Source of the DNA: Phycisphaerae bacterium | GTDB lineage: Bacteria; Planctomycetota; Phycisphaerae; SM23-33 | DNA: 64,000 bases | Reading direction: 5' to 3' | Assembly: GCA_046541415.1 (NCBI GenBank) | Contig: JBKHDI010000003.1 | Span: forward strand, 33,879-97,878 | Shown: piece by piece, positions 47,667 through 58,036 of the stretch | Position numbering within the stretch: position 1 is the stretch's first letter | Layout of the letters: each line of letters starts with the position of its first letter | Notes under the pieces: model-generated | Database searches by the model: none | The model's input: the letters and a program-made list of their open reading frames with translations, nothing else | What the model was told of the DNA's origin: nothing | Program-made: the position numbers and the translations under genes

Positions 47667-48941
47667 CTATCGCTTGACCTGCACGAGGTGGTAGTTCTTC
47701 TTGCCCGTCCGCAGGACAATGAACGACTCCCCGGCCAGATGCTCGCCGGTAAGTTCGGGCTTCTCGTCGGTGACCCGGACGTTGTTGATGTAGAGCCCGC
47801 CGGACTTGAGCAGGCGGTTGGCCTGGCCCTTGGAGGGCAGGATCTCGTTTTCGGCCAGGAAGGCGATCAGGTCCACCCCGCCCTGCAGATCCGCCCAGGA
47901 CAGCTCGCTGGAGGGCACGTCGGCGAAGACGGCCGCCAGGGTCTTGTCGGTCAGGTCCTTGATCTCGCTGCCGTAGACCACCTCGGCCGCCCGGGCCATC
48001 TCTTCGGCGCTCTCCCGGCCGTGGACCAGCGCGGTTACTTCGAAGGCCAGTCGCTTCTGGGCCGCACGCTTGTGCGGTTCGTTCTCGACCGCCCGGGCCA
48101 GTTCGGCGATTTCTTCCTGGTCGATAAAGGTGTAGATGTTCAGGAAGCGGATCACGTCGCGGTCGTCCTGGCGGATGAGGTACTGGTAGAAGTCCCACGG
48201 GCTGGTGCGGTCGGGGTCGAGCCAGATGGCGTTGCCCGCACTCTTGCCGAACTTCTCGCCCGCCGCGGTGGTCATCAGCGGGTTGGTAATCGCGTAGACG
48301 GTCTGGCCGTGCTTCTTGCGGACCAGGTCGCAGCCGGCGGTGATGTTGCCCCACTGGTCCGACCCGCCGACCTGGAAGGTGCAGCCCTCCGCCTCGAACA
48401 GGTGCAGGAAGTCGTAGCCCTGGAGGGTCATGTAGGTGAATTCGGTGAAGCTCATGCCCGTCTCGCCGGCCAGACGCTGTTTGACCGACTCCTTGGCGAG
48501 CATGTAGTTGATGGTGAAGTATTTGCCCACGTCGCGTGCCCACTCGATGAAGCTGAACCGCCCGATCCAGTCGTGGTTGTTCAGCAGCCGGGCCGGGTTC
48601 TCGCCGTCGAAGTCCAGGAACCGCGACAGCTGCGCGCCGATGCCTCTGACATTCTGCTCGACCTGTTCTGCCGTCAGCAGGCTGCGCTCTTCAGACCGGA
48701 AGGACGGGTCGCCGATCATGCCCGTCGCCCCGCCGACCATGGGCAGGACCTTGTGGCCTGCCTGCTGGAAGTGGGCCAGGACCATGATCGGCACGAGGTG
48801 GCCCAGGTGGAGGCTGTCGGCGGTCGGGTCGAAACCGGCGTAGACCGTCACCGGTCCGGCAGAGAGGATCTGGCCGATCTTCTCGTCGGTCACCTGGTGG
48901 ACGAGGCCGCGCTGTTCGAGGGTATCCAGTAGGCTGGGCAT
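47667..48941 (-). CDS. tyrS: tyrosine--tRNA ligase
   Basis: Start MPSLLDTLEQRGLVHQ. The HIGH motif is present in DSLHLGHLVPI, KMSKS is present as KFGKS, and there is a C-terminal S4-like domain. Confidence 0.9.
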   Translation of the reverse strand: MPSLLDTLEQRGLVHQVTDEKIGQILSAGPVTVYAGFDPTADSLHLGHLVPIMVLAHFQQAGHKVLPMVGGATGMIGDPSFRSEERSLLTAEQVEQNVRGIGAQLSRFLDFDGENPARLLNNHDWIGRFSFIEWARDVGKYFTINYMLAKESVKQRLAGETGMSFTEFTYMTLQGYDFLHLFEAEGCTFQVGGSDQWGNITAGCDLVRKKHGQTVYAITNPLMTTAAGEKFGKSAGNAIWLDPDRTSPWDFYQYLIRQDDRDVIRFLNIYTFIDQEEIAELARAVENEPHKRAAQKRLAFEVTALVHGRESAEEMARAAEVVYGSEIKDLTDKTLAAVFADVPSSELSWADLQGGVDLIAFLAENEILPSKGQANRLLKSGGLYINNVRVTDEKPELTGEHLAGESFIVLRTGKKNYHLVQVKR

Positions 48942-49123
48942 GGGTTCACTCCGCATGGGTCTTGCAGGGTCCGGGCGGTCCCGGACGGTTGGACGTGGCA
49001 GTATACAGCCGGGCGGGGCGATCCGCCAGTTCCGCCTTTGGCCGATGGGCAATGCAGAAGGCCCGGCCGGGGCGTTGAAGTCCCGGCCGGGCCTGTCTGA
49101 CTATCGGCTGCAAGCAGCGAAGA

Positions 49124-51829
49124 TTACTTCTTCGACTTCTTGGCCTTCTTGGTCTTCTTGGCGGCCTTCTTTTTGGTCGCCTTCTTGGCGCTGGCCTTCT
49201 TCGTGCCGTTCTTGATGGCGGCCTGTGCGGCGGCCAGTCGTGCGATGGGCACGCGGTAGGGCGAGCAGGAGACGTAGTCCAGGCCGACGCGGTGACAGAA
49301 TTCGATGCTCGACGGGTCGCCACCGTGTTCGCCGCAGATGCCCAGCTTGATGTCCGGGCGGGCCTTGCGACCCTTTTCCACGGCGATCGAGACGAGCTGA
49401 CCGACGCCTTCCTGGTCCAGGGAGGTGAACGGGTCGGCTTCGTAGATGCCCATGTCCACGTACTGGCTGAGGAATCGGCCGGCGTCGTCACGGCTGAAGC
49501 CGCAACCCATCTGCGTCAGGTCGTTGGTGCCGAAGGAGAAGAACTCGGCTTCTTCCGCAATTTCGTCGGCGGTCAGGGCGCCGCGGGGCACCTCGATCAT
49601 CGTGCCGATCTTGAGGTAGGGCAGCTTCTTGCCCTTCTTCTTGGCGATTTCGGCGTAGACGTCTTCGACGATCTTCTTCTGGTTCGACAGCTCTTTGACG
49701 TTGCCGACCAGCGGGATCATGATTTCGGGCTTGGCGCCCTTGACCTCGTAGGCCGCCTCGATGACCGCACGGGCCTGGGTGGCGGTGATTTCCGGATAGT
49801 AGACGCCCAGGCGGCAGCCGCGGTGGCCGAGCATGGGGTTGAACTCGTGGAGGCTTTCGACCTTGTCCTTGATCTGCTTGGCCGAGACGCCCATGGCCTT
49901 GGCCATGCCTTTCTGCCCGGCGGTATCGTGGGGTACGAACTCGTGCAGCGGCGGGTCGAGGAAGCGGATGGTCGCCGGGCGACCCTTCAACGCCTTGAAG
50001 ATGCCCTTGAAGTCAGCCTTCTGGAGGGGCAGCAGTTCTTTGAGAGCGGCGCGACGACCTTCTTCGTCCTCGGCCAGGATCATCTTGCGCATCGAGACGA
50101 TGCGGTCGCCTTCGAAGAACATGTGCTCGGTCCGGGTCAGGCCGATGCCCTCTGCCCCGAACTTGACGCCCACGGCGGTGTCGTTGGGGGTGTCGGCATT
50201 GGTGCGGACGCCGAGGGTCCGGTACTTGTCGGCGAGCTTCATGATCTGGCCGAACGGACCGGTGAGCTTCGGATCGACGGTATCGACCTTGCCTTCGTAG
50301 ACCGTTCCCTTCGAGCCGTTGAGGCTGATCCAGTCGCCCTGCTTGATCTTCGTGCCATTGGCCACGAAGGTCTTGGACTTGTAATCGATGACGACCTGGT
50401 CGCAGCCGGCGACGCAGCAGGTGCCCATGCCTCTGGCGACGACGGCTGCGTGGCTGGTCATCCCGCCACGGCTGGTCAGGATGCCCTTGGCCACGTGCAT
50501 GCCGCCGATGTCCTCGGGGCTGGTTTCGATACGGACGAGGATGACTTCCTTGCCTTCTTCGGCCCAGGCTTCGGCCTCATCGGCGGTGAAGACGACCTGG
50601 CCGGTCGCGGCGCCGGGGCTGGCGGGCAGGCCCTTGGCGAGGGTCTTGGCCTTTTCCTCGGCGGCAGAATCGAACGTCGGGTGCAGCAGCTGGTCCAGCT
50701 GGCCCGGCTCGACGCGGCAGACGGCCTCTTCCTCGGTGATCAGACCTTCCTTGAACATGTCCACGGCGACCTTGACGGCCGCGGCGGCAGTCCGCTTGCC
50801 CGTGCGGGTCTGGAGCATGAACAGTTCGCCCTGCTCCATGGTGAACTCGATGTCCTGCATGTCGCGGTAGTGCTCTTCGAGCTTCTGGCGGATCTTGACC
50901 AGTTCGTTGTACACGCCGCGGTTGACTTTGGCCAGATGGCTGATCGGCTGAGGAGTACGAATGCCCGCGACCACGTCTTCGCCCTGGGCGTTCATCAAAT
51001 ACTCGCCGTAGAACTTGTTCTTGCCCGTCGACGGATCGCGGGTGAAGGCAACGCCGGTACCCGACTCGTCGCCCATGTTGCCGAAGACCATCGTCTGTAC
51101 ATTGACGGCCGTGCCGATCAGGCCGCGGATGTCGTTGATCTGGCGGTAGCGGATGGCGCGGGGATTGTTCCACGAGCCGAAGACCGCGTCGATCGAGGCC
51201 TGCAACTGCTTGCGGGCATCCTGGGGGAAGGTCTTCTTGTTCTTCTTGTAGACACTCTTGTAGGCTTCGACGACGTCTTTGAGACCTTCGATGTCCAGAT
51301 CGGTGTCCAGATCGGCCTTGTGCTTCTTCTTGACGTCTTCCAGGGCTTCCTCGAAATAGTGGTGTTCCATACCCAGCACGACGTCACCGAACATCTGCAT
51401 GAAGCGGCGATAGGCGTCCCAGACGAACCGCTCGTTGCCGGTCAGTTCGATCATCGACTGGAGAGTCTCGTCGTTCAGACCCAGGTTCAAAACCGTGTCC
51501 ATCATGCCGGGCATGGAGACGGCCGCACCGGAACGGACCGAGACCAGCAGCGGGTTCTTACCCTTGCCGAAGGTCTTGCCGGTGAACTTCTCGAGCTTCT
51601 TGATGTTCTCGTCGATCTCCTTGTCGAGCCCCGCGGGATACTTCTTGCCCAGTTCGTAGAACTCGGCGCAGGTCTCGGTGGTGATCGTAAAGCCCGGGGG
51701 CACGGGCAGACCCAGCGAGCTCATCTCGGCCAGGTTCGCGCCCTTGCCGCCGAGCAGCTGTTTCATCGATGCCTTTCCTTCGGACTTGCCGCCGCCGAAG
51801 AAATAAACGTGCTTCTTCTTCTTAGCCAT
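49124..51829 (-). CDS. ppdK: pyruvate, phosphate dikinase
   Basis: Start MAKKKKHVYFFGGGKSEGK with RBS ggagaag; the ORF is open to 52033. It has the PEP-utilising enzyme mobile domain with catalytic His (GGMTSHAAVVARGMG) and a C-terminal TIM-barrel PEP-binding domain. Confidence 0.9.
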   Translation of the reverse strand: MAKKKKHVYFFGGGKSEGKASMKQLLGGKGANLAEMSSLGLPVPPGFTITTETCAEFYELGKKYPAGLDKEIDENIKKLEKFTGKTFGKGKNPLLVSVRSGAAVSMPGMMDTVLNLGLNDETLQSMIELTGNERFVWDAYRRFMQMFGDVVLGMEHHYFEEALEDVKKKHKADLDTDLDIEGLKDVVEAYKSVYKKNKKTFPQDARKQLQASIDAVFGSWNNPRAIRYRQINDIRGLIGTAVNVQTMVFGNMGDESGTGVAFTRDPSTGKNKFYGEYLMNAQGEDVVAGIRTPQPISHLAKVNRGVYNELVKIRQKLEEHYRDMQDIEFTMEQGELFMLQTRTGKRTAAAAVKVAVDMFKEGLITEEEAVCRVEPGQLDQLLHPTFDSAAEEKAKTLAKGLPASPGAATGQVVFTADEAEAWAEEGKEVILVRIETSPEDIGGMHVAKGILTSRGGMTSHAAVVARGMGTCCVAGCDQVVIDYKSKTFVANGTKIKQGDWISLNGSKGTVYEGKVDTVDPKLTGPFGQIMKLADKYRTLGVRTNADTPNDTAVGVKFGAEGIGLTRTEHMFFEGDRIVSMRKMILAEDEEGRRAALKELLPLQKADFKGIFKALKGRPATIRFLDPPLHEFVPHDTAGQKGMAKAMGVSAKQIKDKVESLHEFNPMLGHRGCRLGVYYPEITATQARAVIEAAYEVKGAKPEIMIPLVGNVKELSNQKKIVEDVYAEIAKKKGKKLPYLKIGTMIEVPRGALTADEIAEEAEFFSFGTNDLTQMGCGFSRDDAGRFLSQYVDMGIYEADPFTSLDQEGVGQLVSIAVEKGRKARPDIKLGICGEHGGDPSSIEFCHRVGLDYVSCSPYRVPIARLAAAQAAIKNGTKKASAKKATKKKAAKKTKKAKKSKK

Positions 51830-52060
51830 GAATCGCTTCTCCGTCATTTGGTGGTTGCGTCGGATTCCGCACCGGTGAGTATCTCGCAGGTCGCGAAAGG
51901 TTCTTTCGCATGGTAGGCGGGAATGCTGACAACGAGACTGACAGGCCCAGCCAGTCCATCTGGCGGGACAGTCGTTGCGAAGTGTAGGCGGAAACGACAA
52001 TACTGTCAATGCTTTTGGCTCGAATGCATGCAAAATCGCTTACACGCTTCCCGCCGGCCT

Positions 52061-53350
52061 CTACGTTTCGGGTTCGTTCGGCTCGTTCGGCACGGCCTTG
52101 GCCTGGACAGACTCCACCCGGCGCGCCTCGACCCGCCCGGTCGCGGGCTTGTCCTCGACCAGCCGGGCCGTCACCGTCGGCGGGGCCGCCAGGGCCTCAC
52201 CGAACGGGACGCGGGTTTCCAGCACGTCGGCCAACTGGTCGCACCGCTGGTCCAGCGCGTCGCACAAGGGCGAGGCGACGAACTGCTTGGTCGACTCCTG
52301 GCTGGATCGCAGCAGAGGCAGGATAAAGTCCGCACCGACGACCATCATCAGCAGGACCGAGCCGATGGTGGAAATCGCGAAGGCGATCACGTCGCCGGCA
52401 GAGAGCGTCATGAAACCCCAGATCAGCAGCAGCAGGAAGCCCAGTGCTGCAATCGCAAAGGCGATCCGCCTCGGCCAGACCACTGCCGCGGCGACGTCCT
52501 CGGGCCTGCAGGGGCGCACCAGCGCCCGGGCGCGGACCACGAAGACCAGCGGCGAGAGCATCAGGCAGATCATCCCGAGTATCAGCAGGGCGCTGCCCTG
52601 GAGCTGGTTGATCACCGCCAGGAGGATCAGCAAAAGCATGCTGAACAGCGGCGCCAGCAGCACGGCCGTCCAGCCGGGGCCTCGGGCCTCGGGCAGCAAC
52701 GTCTTGAGCGTCATCGATGATCGGATGATGCCCGGCATCAGCGCCAGCCACCGCGGGCCCACCTTGGCCAGGACGAACCCCGCAATGCCCAGGCGAAAGA
52801 TCATGTTGCTCACTTCGGCCATCGCGGTGGTAATCGGGTCCTGGGCGCGGGACTGGATTTCCACCATCGAGGCAATCGGGATCACGTAGAGCACCAGCGG
52901 GGCCAGGAACATGACCAGCCAGCCGATCCGCGCCAGCAGGCGCGACAGGCGCACGCGAGGCCAGAGCGGGGCGGCGACGCAGACCGTCAGCGCCCCGATC
53001 AGCACGAACACGGCCGAGGTGATCTGGAAGCCGTCGATGACGCCAGGGTCGCCTTCGACCCGGAAGGCCTGTTTGAGCTGAGGATTTTCCAGCAGTTCGC
53101 TGCCGGCGATCAGGTCGATCGTCGCCAGCGACCAGATGGCCCCGAACAGCACGCAGGCGGCGGCGAGATACAGCAGGCTCGATCGCCAGGCCGCGTACGT
53201 CTGGGCCAGCGGGTTGACGATGCCCTGCTTCTCCAGCCGCCCGCGTTCCCAGTCGGTAGGGCGCTCCAGGCGGAAATCGCTGGTGGCCACGCGGCGGAAA
53301 AAGGCCACGACCTGCCGGCCCGGATCGAGTCTGCCTGTCTGATCGGTCAT
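52061..53350 (-). CDS. hypothetical polytopic membrane protein
   Basis: Start MTDQTG with RBS gggagaacc; the ORF is open to 53452. It has at least 8 predicted hydrophobic helices and no known motif. Confidence 0.45.
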   Translation of the reverse strand: MTDQTGRLDPGRQVVAFFRRVATSDFRLERPTDWERGRLEKQGIVNPLAQTYAAWRSSLLYLAAACVLFGAIWSLATIDLIAGSELLENPQLKQAFRVEGDPGVIDGFQITSAVFVLIGALTVCVAAPLWPRVRLSRLLARIGWLVMFLAPLVLYVIPIASMVEIQSRAQDPITTAMAEVSNMIFRLGIAGFVLAKVGPRWLALMPGIIRSSMTLKTLLPEARGPGWTAVLLAPLFSMLLLILLAVINQLQGSALLILGMICLMLSPLVFVVRARALVRPCRPEDVAAAVVWPRRIAFAIAALGFLLLLIWGFMTLSAGDVIAFAISTIGSVLLMMVVGADFILPLLRSSQESTKQFVASPLCDALDQRCDQLADVLETRVPFGEALAAPPTVTARLVEDKPATGRVEARRVESVQAKAVPNEPNEPET

Positions 53351-53473
53351 CTCGGTTCTCCCTGCAATGTGAATACAGCCCTGTCTGGACATGATAGGAG
53401 GCATGGCCGGCCCTTCGGCGGGCTTGACCATGCCTCCCGGCAGTATCTTCACACTAAATATAGGCGCCGTCGG

Positions 53474-54346
53474 TCAGCTCTTGGAACCCTTGATGAATCC
53501 CAACAGGCTGAAAACCCCCTCCAGGCCGGCCCCGACCATCACGCCGATGGCACCGAACATCGCCACGAACGTCCCGAAGCTCACGCCGGCATAGAGATCG
53601 ATGAACTTTTCGCCTTCGTTATCGCCGGGTGTGCCGAACCAGACTGTCAGTGTCAGGATCAGAACTACAAAGGCCAGCAAAGCCGCTGGGAGTAAAAGGG
53701 CAAAACCGACCCGCCTGGCCGATGGTATCAGAATGGTCAGCCCGACGAGAACCAGGATCTCCAGCGCGAAAATGAACGTCACAATGCCGCGCGTCAGATC
53801 CCAGCCAAACGCCGACCAGGAGTAGTCAACGCTTTCATTGGCGTTGACCTTCCCCTGGGCCTTGCCCATCTCCTGGGCCTCTTCCAGACCGGCTACAGAG
53901 AAAACCCAGTTGGCATCGGCCTTGTCGTCATCACTGGCATCTCCATCGAACACTTTCTGGTACTCGCTTCTGGCGTTCGAGACATCCCCCGCGTCGACTT
54001 TGTCGAATTCAAGCCCCATGCCCCACCAGGGCAGGAAGAAGCTCAGGAATAGCAGGATTCCACCGGCGGCGGCGACGATTTTCATCAGGCTGAATCCGCC
54101 GAGCTGCATGGTGGTCGCCTTGCCGTAGAACTCGTTGGCCTTGGCCTTGGCGCCCGCGGACTTGTCCCGGGCCGGGGCGTTGTCCCCTGCCGGGGCCGCC
54201 GGCGGGGCCACGCCCTCAGCCGGCTTGGTCTGGACAGGGCCGGCGACGACAAACGTTTCCTGGCAGGACGGGCAGGTGGTTTCCTTGCCGGCTGCGTCGT
54301 CCGGTACGTCCAGTTGCGATTGGCACTTCGGACAGTTGATCTGCAT
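53474..54346 (-). CDS. zinc-ribbon (MJ0042-type) domain membrane protein
   Basis: N-terminus MQINCPKCQSQLDVPDDAAGKETTCPSCQETF (CxxC...CxxC), a Pro/Ala-rich linker, then FLPWWG followed by 3 TM helices. Confidence 0.55.
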   Translation of the reverse strand: MQINCPKCQSQLDVPDDAAGKETTCPSCQETFVVAGPVQTKPAEGVAPPAAPAGDNAPARDKSAGAKAKANEFYGKATTMQLGGFSLMKIVAAAGGILLFLSFFLPWWGMGLEFDKVDAGDVSNARSEYQKVFDGDASDDDKADANWVFSVAGLEEAQEMGKAQGKVNANESVDYSWSAFGWDLTRGIVTFIFALEILVLVGLTILIPSARRVGFALLLPAALLAFVVLILTLTVWFGTPGDNEGEKFIDLYAGVSFGTFVAMFGAIGVMVGAGLEGVFSLLGFIKGSKS

Positions 54347-54413
54347 GACGGGATCCTTTCATTGTTCCTGTCTGGTCCAGGCCGGTACCCCGCCGGCCGA
54401 AGCGTCTTGGTGT

Positions 54414-55412
54414 CTATCTTCTGCCTGCAAGCAGGCTCACTGCCACGTCAATGCCGGCCAGAATCGCCAGCAGCCCCCCGCCGGCCAGGGTCAGCCACGC
54501 CCCTTCCCGCAGGGTCTGGCTGGCGTGGAGGTACTTGCCGTCGAAATCCGCCGTGTCGGCCGCAAGTACGAACGTCAGCGCCAGCACGCCGATGGCTATG
54601 CCCATCGCCGCAGCCGGGGCAGAGATGGCCCATCCAAACCGGCGGACCGCCGGGACGAACATCGCCACGGCCAGCAACACCGCAGCCAGGGCAGCCAGGA
54701 TCAGCGAGATGATCCCGCGGACGAACGACCAGCCATGGAAGGTCTCGCCGACCTCCACCTCACCCGATGGATCGGTACTCTCGATCTGGGACATCAACTC
54801 CTTCTCCAGATCCTTCTGGAGTTCCTTTTCGTCAACCAGTCCGTCGCTGAAATCGCTGTCGATTTCCTTCCCGGCCTTTTCCATGTCGGCCTTGATTTCC
54901 AGGCCGATCCGCTGGTCGGCCTGCTGGAAGGTCTGAACGTCCGCCTGGAACTTCTGGGCTTCCTGCCAGTCGGCCTGCTGGCCCTGCCGCTGAAGCTCCT
55001 CGTTCTTGCGCTTGAGTCTTCCCGCCTCGGCCAGGTGAGATTCCATCCCCTCCAGCGAGAACGTGAAACTCCACCAGGGCAGGAAGAACGCTGCGATTAC
55101 CAGCACGGCCGCCCCGAACGCCTGGTACCGCCAGATGCCGTACTGCCTGATCTTCTCGGCCGCAGAAGCTTGGCGCGGGGTCGATTGCGGGATAGCCACG
55201 GGGCTCGGATCGGCCGGAGGAGCAGGAGGCGCGGGTTTCGGATCGGCCTGGACCGGAGAGGCCTGAACAGACGGAACCGCCTGGACAGCCTCGACGGTTT
55301 CCGGAGCCTGGATCATGAATGTATGACTGCAGGACGGGCAGGTGGTCTGTTTGCCGGCTGCGTCGTCGGGCACTTCCATCTTCGATGCACACTGCGGGCA
55401 GGGAACTATCAT
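54414..55412 (-). CDS. zinc-ribbon (MJ0042-type) domain membrane protein, paralog of the adjacent gene
   Basis: Start MIVPCPQCASKMEVPDDAAGKQTTCPSCSHTF with a strong gggaaggagaaaaccc RBS; the track ORF extends to 55463. It shares the FLPWW segment and has an internal coiled coil (EELQRQGQQADWQEAQKFQ) and C-terminal TM helices. Confidence 0.55.
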   Translation of the reverse strand: MIVPCPQCASKMEVPDDAAGKQTTCPSCSHTFMIQAPETVEAVQAVPSVQASPVQADPKPAPPAPPADPSPVAIPQSTPRQASAAEKIRQYGIWRYQAFGAAVLVIAAFFLPWWSFTFSLEGMESHLAEAGRLKRKNEELQRQGQQADWQEAQKFQADVQTFQQADQRIGLEIKADMEKAGKEIDSDFSDGLVDEKELQKDLEKELMSQIESTDPSGEVEVGETFHGWSFVRGIISLILAALAAVLLAVAMFVPAVRRFGWAISAPAAAMGIAIGVLALTFVLAADTADFDGKYLHASQTLREGAWLTLAGGGLLAILAGIDVAVSLLAGRR

Positions 55413-55579
55413 GGGTTTTCTCCTTCCCTGTGATTCCACTTCAGGTCCCGATGACCTGTACAACCAGTGTAGGCCTGCAGCCGAGCGGGCGCAGAGGTCT
55501 TCGAAACACCGGGACTTATATCGACAGCAGGAGTGGGGCTTGTGCAGCGGAATTTCCAGCCCCTGCCAGGAAATGCGCG

Positions 55580-56797
55580 TCAGTCGACCAGTCTGCGCCG
55601 CACGCGTCGGCCCAGCAGGCAGGTGATCTCGTAGGGGATGGTCCCGGCCAGGCGGGCCAGGTTGGCCACGCTGTTGGGCCCGGCCGGGTCGTTGGAGATG
55701 ATCTCGACGCTGTCGCCGATGCGGGCCTCGGGGATCTCGGTCAGATCGATAACGGTCTGGTCCATGCTGATCCGCCCACGCACCGGGGCCATCTTGCCGC
55801 AGACCTGCATCGCCGCGCGGTTGGACAAACAGCGGATGTAGCCGTCGCCGTAGCCGATGGGCACCAGCCCGACGCGGCTGTCACGCTGGAATTCGTAGGT
55901 CTGACCATACCCGCACCGCTGGCCGGCCGGGACGTCCTTGATCTGCATCAGCCGGGCCGTCAGACGCAACGCCGGCACGAGCCCCAGGCGGTGGTGCATC
56001 TGGTCGGAGGGACTGTAGCCGTAAATCGCGATCCCGGGGCGGACCATATCCAGGTGGGCCTCGGGCAGGTCGATCGTCGCAGCCGAGTTGGCCGCGTGCA
56101 GCGTAAGCCCCGCCCGGTCGACACCGCAGGCCGCCACCGTATCCCCAAACCGCTGAAGCTGCCGGCGGGCAAAGCCTTTGTCCGCCTCGTCGGCAGTGGC
56201 CAGGTGGGTGTACAGGCCGGTGAGCTTGATCCGCTTCTGCCGGGCGATCTCGTCGAGGATCGGCCCGACCTTCTCGAAGCGGACGCCCGAGCGCGTCATG
56301 CCCGTATCGATCATCAGGTGCACCTCGGCGGTCCTGCCGACAATCTCTGCCGCCCGGGCGATCGGGCCCGGTTCCCAGTCGGCCGCGACCGTCAACGTCA
56401 CCCGCCGGGCGATCAGCTCGCTTAAAACCCCCACCAGCTCGTGGGCGTCGGCGAACGCACAGGCCGAGAAGAACATCAGCATCGGCCCCTCGTATCCGAG
56501 TTTACGGAGCGTCAGGGCCTCTTCGGGCGTGGCCACGGCCAGGCAGTCCGACCCGGCGGCGATCAGCGGCAGCAGCTGCTGCTGACCGTGCCCGTAGCAG
56601 TTGGCCTTGACCACCGCACACAGGCCCGTCCCTGCCGGCAGCTGACGGCGCAGCAACCCGAGGTTGGTCTGCACGGCCGAGGCGGAGACCTCCGCGGTCA
56701 GGTACCCTTCGGCGCCGAGTCGGGCGGGGCTTTCGATCCGCAGGGTCTGACGGGTCGCAGTCGGTTCGGGGGCTTGTTTGCTGGGGTTCGCTTCCAT
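55580..56797 (-). CDS. alr: alanine racemase
   Basis: The PLP-Lys motif AVVKANCYGHGQ, the alanine racemase N- and C-terminal domains, and the conserved Tyr region. Confidence 0.85.
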   Translation of the reverse strand: MEANPSKQAPEPTATRQTLRIESPARLGAEGYLTAEVSASAVQTNLGLLRRQLPAGTGLCAVVKANCYGHGQQQLLPLIAAGSDCLAVATPEEALTLRKLGYEGPMLMFFSACAFADAHELVGVLSELIARRVTLTVAADWEPGPIARAAEIVGRTAEVHLMIDTGMTRSGVRFEKVGPILDEIARQKRIKLTGLYTHLATADEADKGFARRQLQRFGDTVAACGVDRAGLTLHAANSAATIDLPEAHLDMVRPGIAIYGYSPSDQMHHRLGLVPALRLTARLMQIKDVPAGQRCGYGQTYEFQRDSRVGLVPIGYGDGYIRCLSNRAAMQVCGKMAPVRGRISMDQTVIDLTEIPEARIGDSVEIISNDPAGPNSVANLARLAGTIPYEITCLLGRRVRRRLVD

Positions 56798-56972
56798 GTT
56801 CCTTCTTCGCCGGCCGATGGGGCCGAGACGCGTCCATTATAGGGCATATCGTCAGATCCGGGCCCGCCAAACCAGCCTTTTGCTTTGCCAAACGCCCCCG
56901 GATCGTTAAAATACCCGGTTCTTGCTGTTTTCACGCCAACCACACGAAGTCCCAAGAGAAGGTATAGATCAC

Positions 56973-57971
56973 ATGAGTTGGAATGTGGCCATCATGGGCG
57001 CCACCGGCGCCGTCGGCGCGGAATTCCTTCGCCTGCTGGAGGAAAGAAACTTTCCGCTGAAGAACCTCAAGCTGCTGGCCTCGTCCCGCTCAGCCGGCAA
57101 GCAGCTGGAGTTCAAGGGCGAAAAGCTCACCGTCGAGGAGTTGACCGACAGCAGCTTCCAGGGCGTCGAGCTGGTGCTTTCCTCGGCCGGGGGGAGCATC
57201 TCCAAGAAGTTCGCCCCCGCCGCCGTCAAGGCCGGTGCCGTCGTCGTCGATAACACCTCCGCCTTCCGGATGGACCCCGAAGTGCCCCTGGTCATCCCCG
57301 AGGTCAACCCGGAAGACATCCACAAGCACAACGGCATCATCGCCAACCCCAACTGCTCGACGATCATCATGAACGTGCCCGTCTGGCCCCTGCACAAGGT
57401 CAACCCCCTCCGCCGCGTCGTGGTCAGCACGTACCAGGCCGCCAGCGGCGCCGGCGCCGCAGCCATGGCCGAACTGGAGGCCGGGGCCCGCGCCTTCCTC
57501 GATAAGCAGCCCTTTACGCCCAAGGCCCTGCCCCACCCGGCCGCGTTCAACGTCTTCTGCCACGACTCCGACGTCGGGCCCGACGGCTATAACGTAGAGG
57601 AAACCAAGATGGTCCTCGAAACCCGCAAGATCTTCCACGCACCGCAGATCCGCGTAACCGCCACCTGCGTCCGCGTGCCCGTCCTGCGGGCCCACTCCGA
57701 GTCGATCAACCTCGAATTCACCGAGCCGATGCCCGAGGCGAAGGTCCGCGAAATCCTCGCCGCCGCCCCGGGAATCAAGATCGTCGACGACCGCGAAAAG
57801 TCCTACTTCCCCATGCCCCTCGACGCCTCCGACACCGACCCCATCCTCGTCGGCCGCATCCGCCAAGACCTCTCCCAGGACGACCAGAAGGGCATCGACA
57901 TGTGGGTCTCCGGCGACCAGATCCGCAAAGGCGCCGCCCTCAACGCCGTCCAGATCGCCGAAATGCTCTGA
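56973..57971 (+). CDS. asd: aspartate-semialdehyde dehydrogenase
   Basis: Start MSWNVAIMGATGAVGAEFL; the track ORF starts at 56922. The catalytic Cys lies in IIANPNCSTI, with an active-site His toward the C-terminus. Confidence 0.9.
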   Translation: MSWNVAIMGATGAVGAEFLRLLEERNFPLKNLKLLASSRSAGKQLEFKGEKLTVEELTDSSFQGVELVLSSAGGSISKKFAPAAVKAGAVVVDNTSAFRMDPEVPLVIPEVNPEDIHKHNGIIANPNCSTIIMNVPVWPLHKVNPLRRVVVSTYQAASGAGAAAMAELEAGARAFLDKQPFTPKALPHPAAFNVFCHDSDVGPDGYNVEETKMVLETRKIFHAPQIRVTATCVRVPVLRAHSESINLEFTEPMPEAKVREILAAAPGIKIVDDREKSYFPMPLDASDTDPILVGRIRQDLSQDDQKGIDMWVSGDQIRKGAALNAVQIAEML

Positions 57972-57995
57972 AAACGCCCCCGACACCAACCCCCA

Positions 57996-58036
57996 AAGCG
58001 TCGCGGCAAACCCCACCCCGCGACGCTTTTGCTTTG
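57996..58036 (+). terminator. intrinsic terminator after asd
   Basis: aagcgtcgcgg-(11-nt loop)-ccgcgacgctt followed by ttgctttg. Additional small GC hairpins follow at 58037-58074. Confidence 0.5.

Noticed and set aside
46564-48543. 659-aa minus-strand track ORF fusing the tyrS antisense region with rmuC
   Set aside because: The N-terminal 300 aa are Arg/Gly/Pro-rich junk running through the tyrS region in a wrong frame. Only the portion from the ATG at 47643 (MEFVIGF..., 359 aa) is RmuC.
49292-51916. 874-aa plus-strand ORF antisense to ppdK
   Set aside because: ppdK on the minus strand has the full PEP-utilising enzyme signature. The antisense product is a low-complexity Gly/Leu/Asp/Val shadow.
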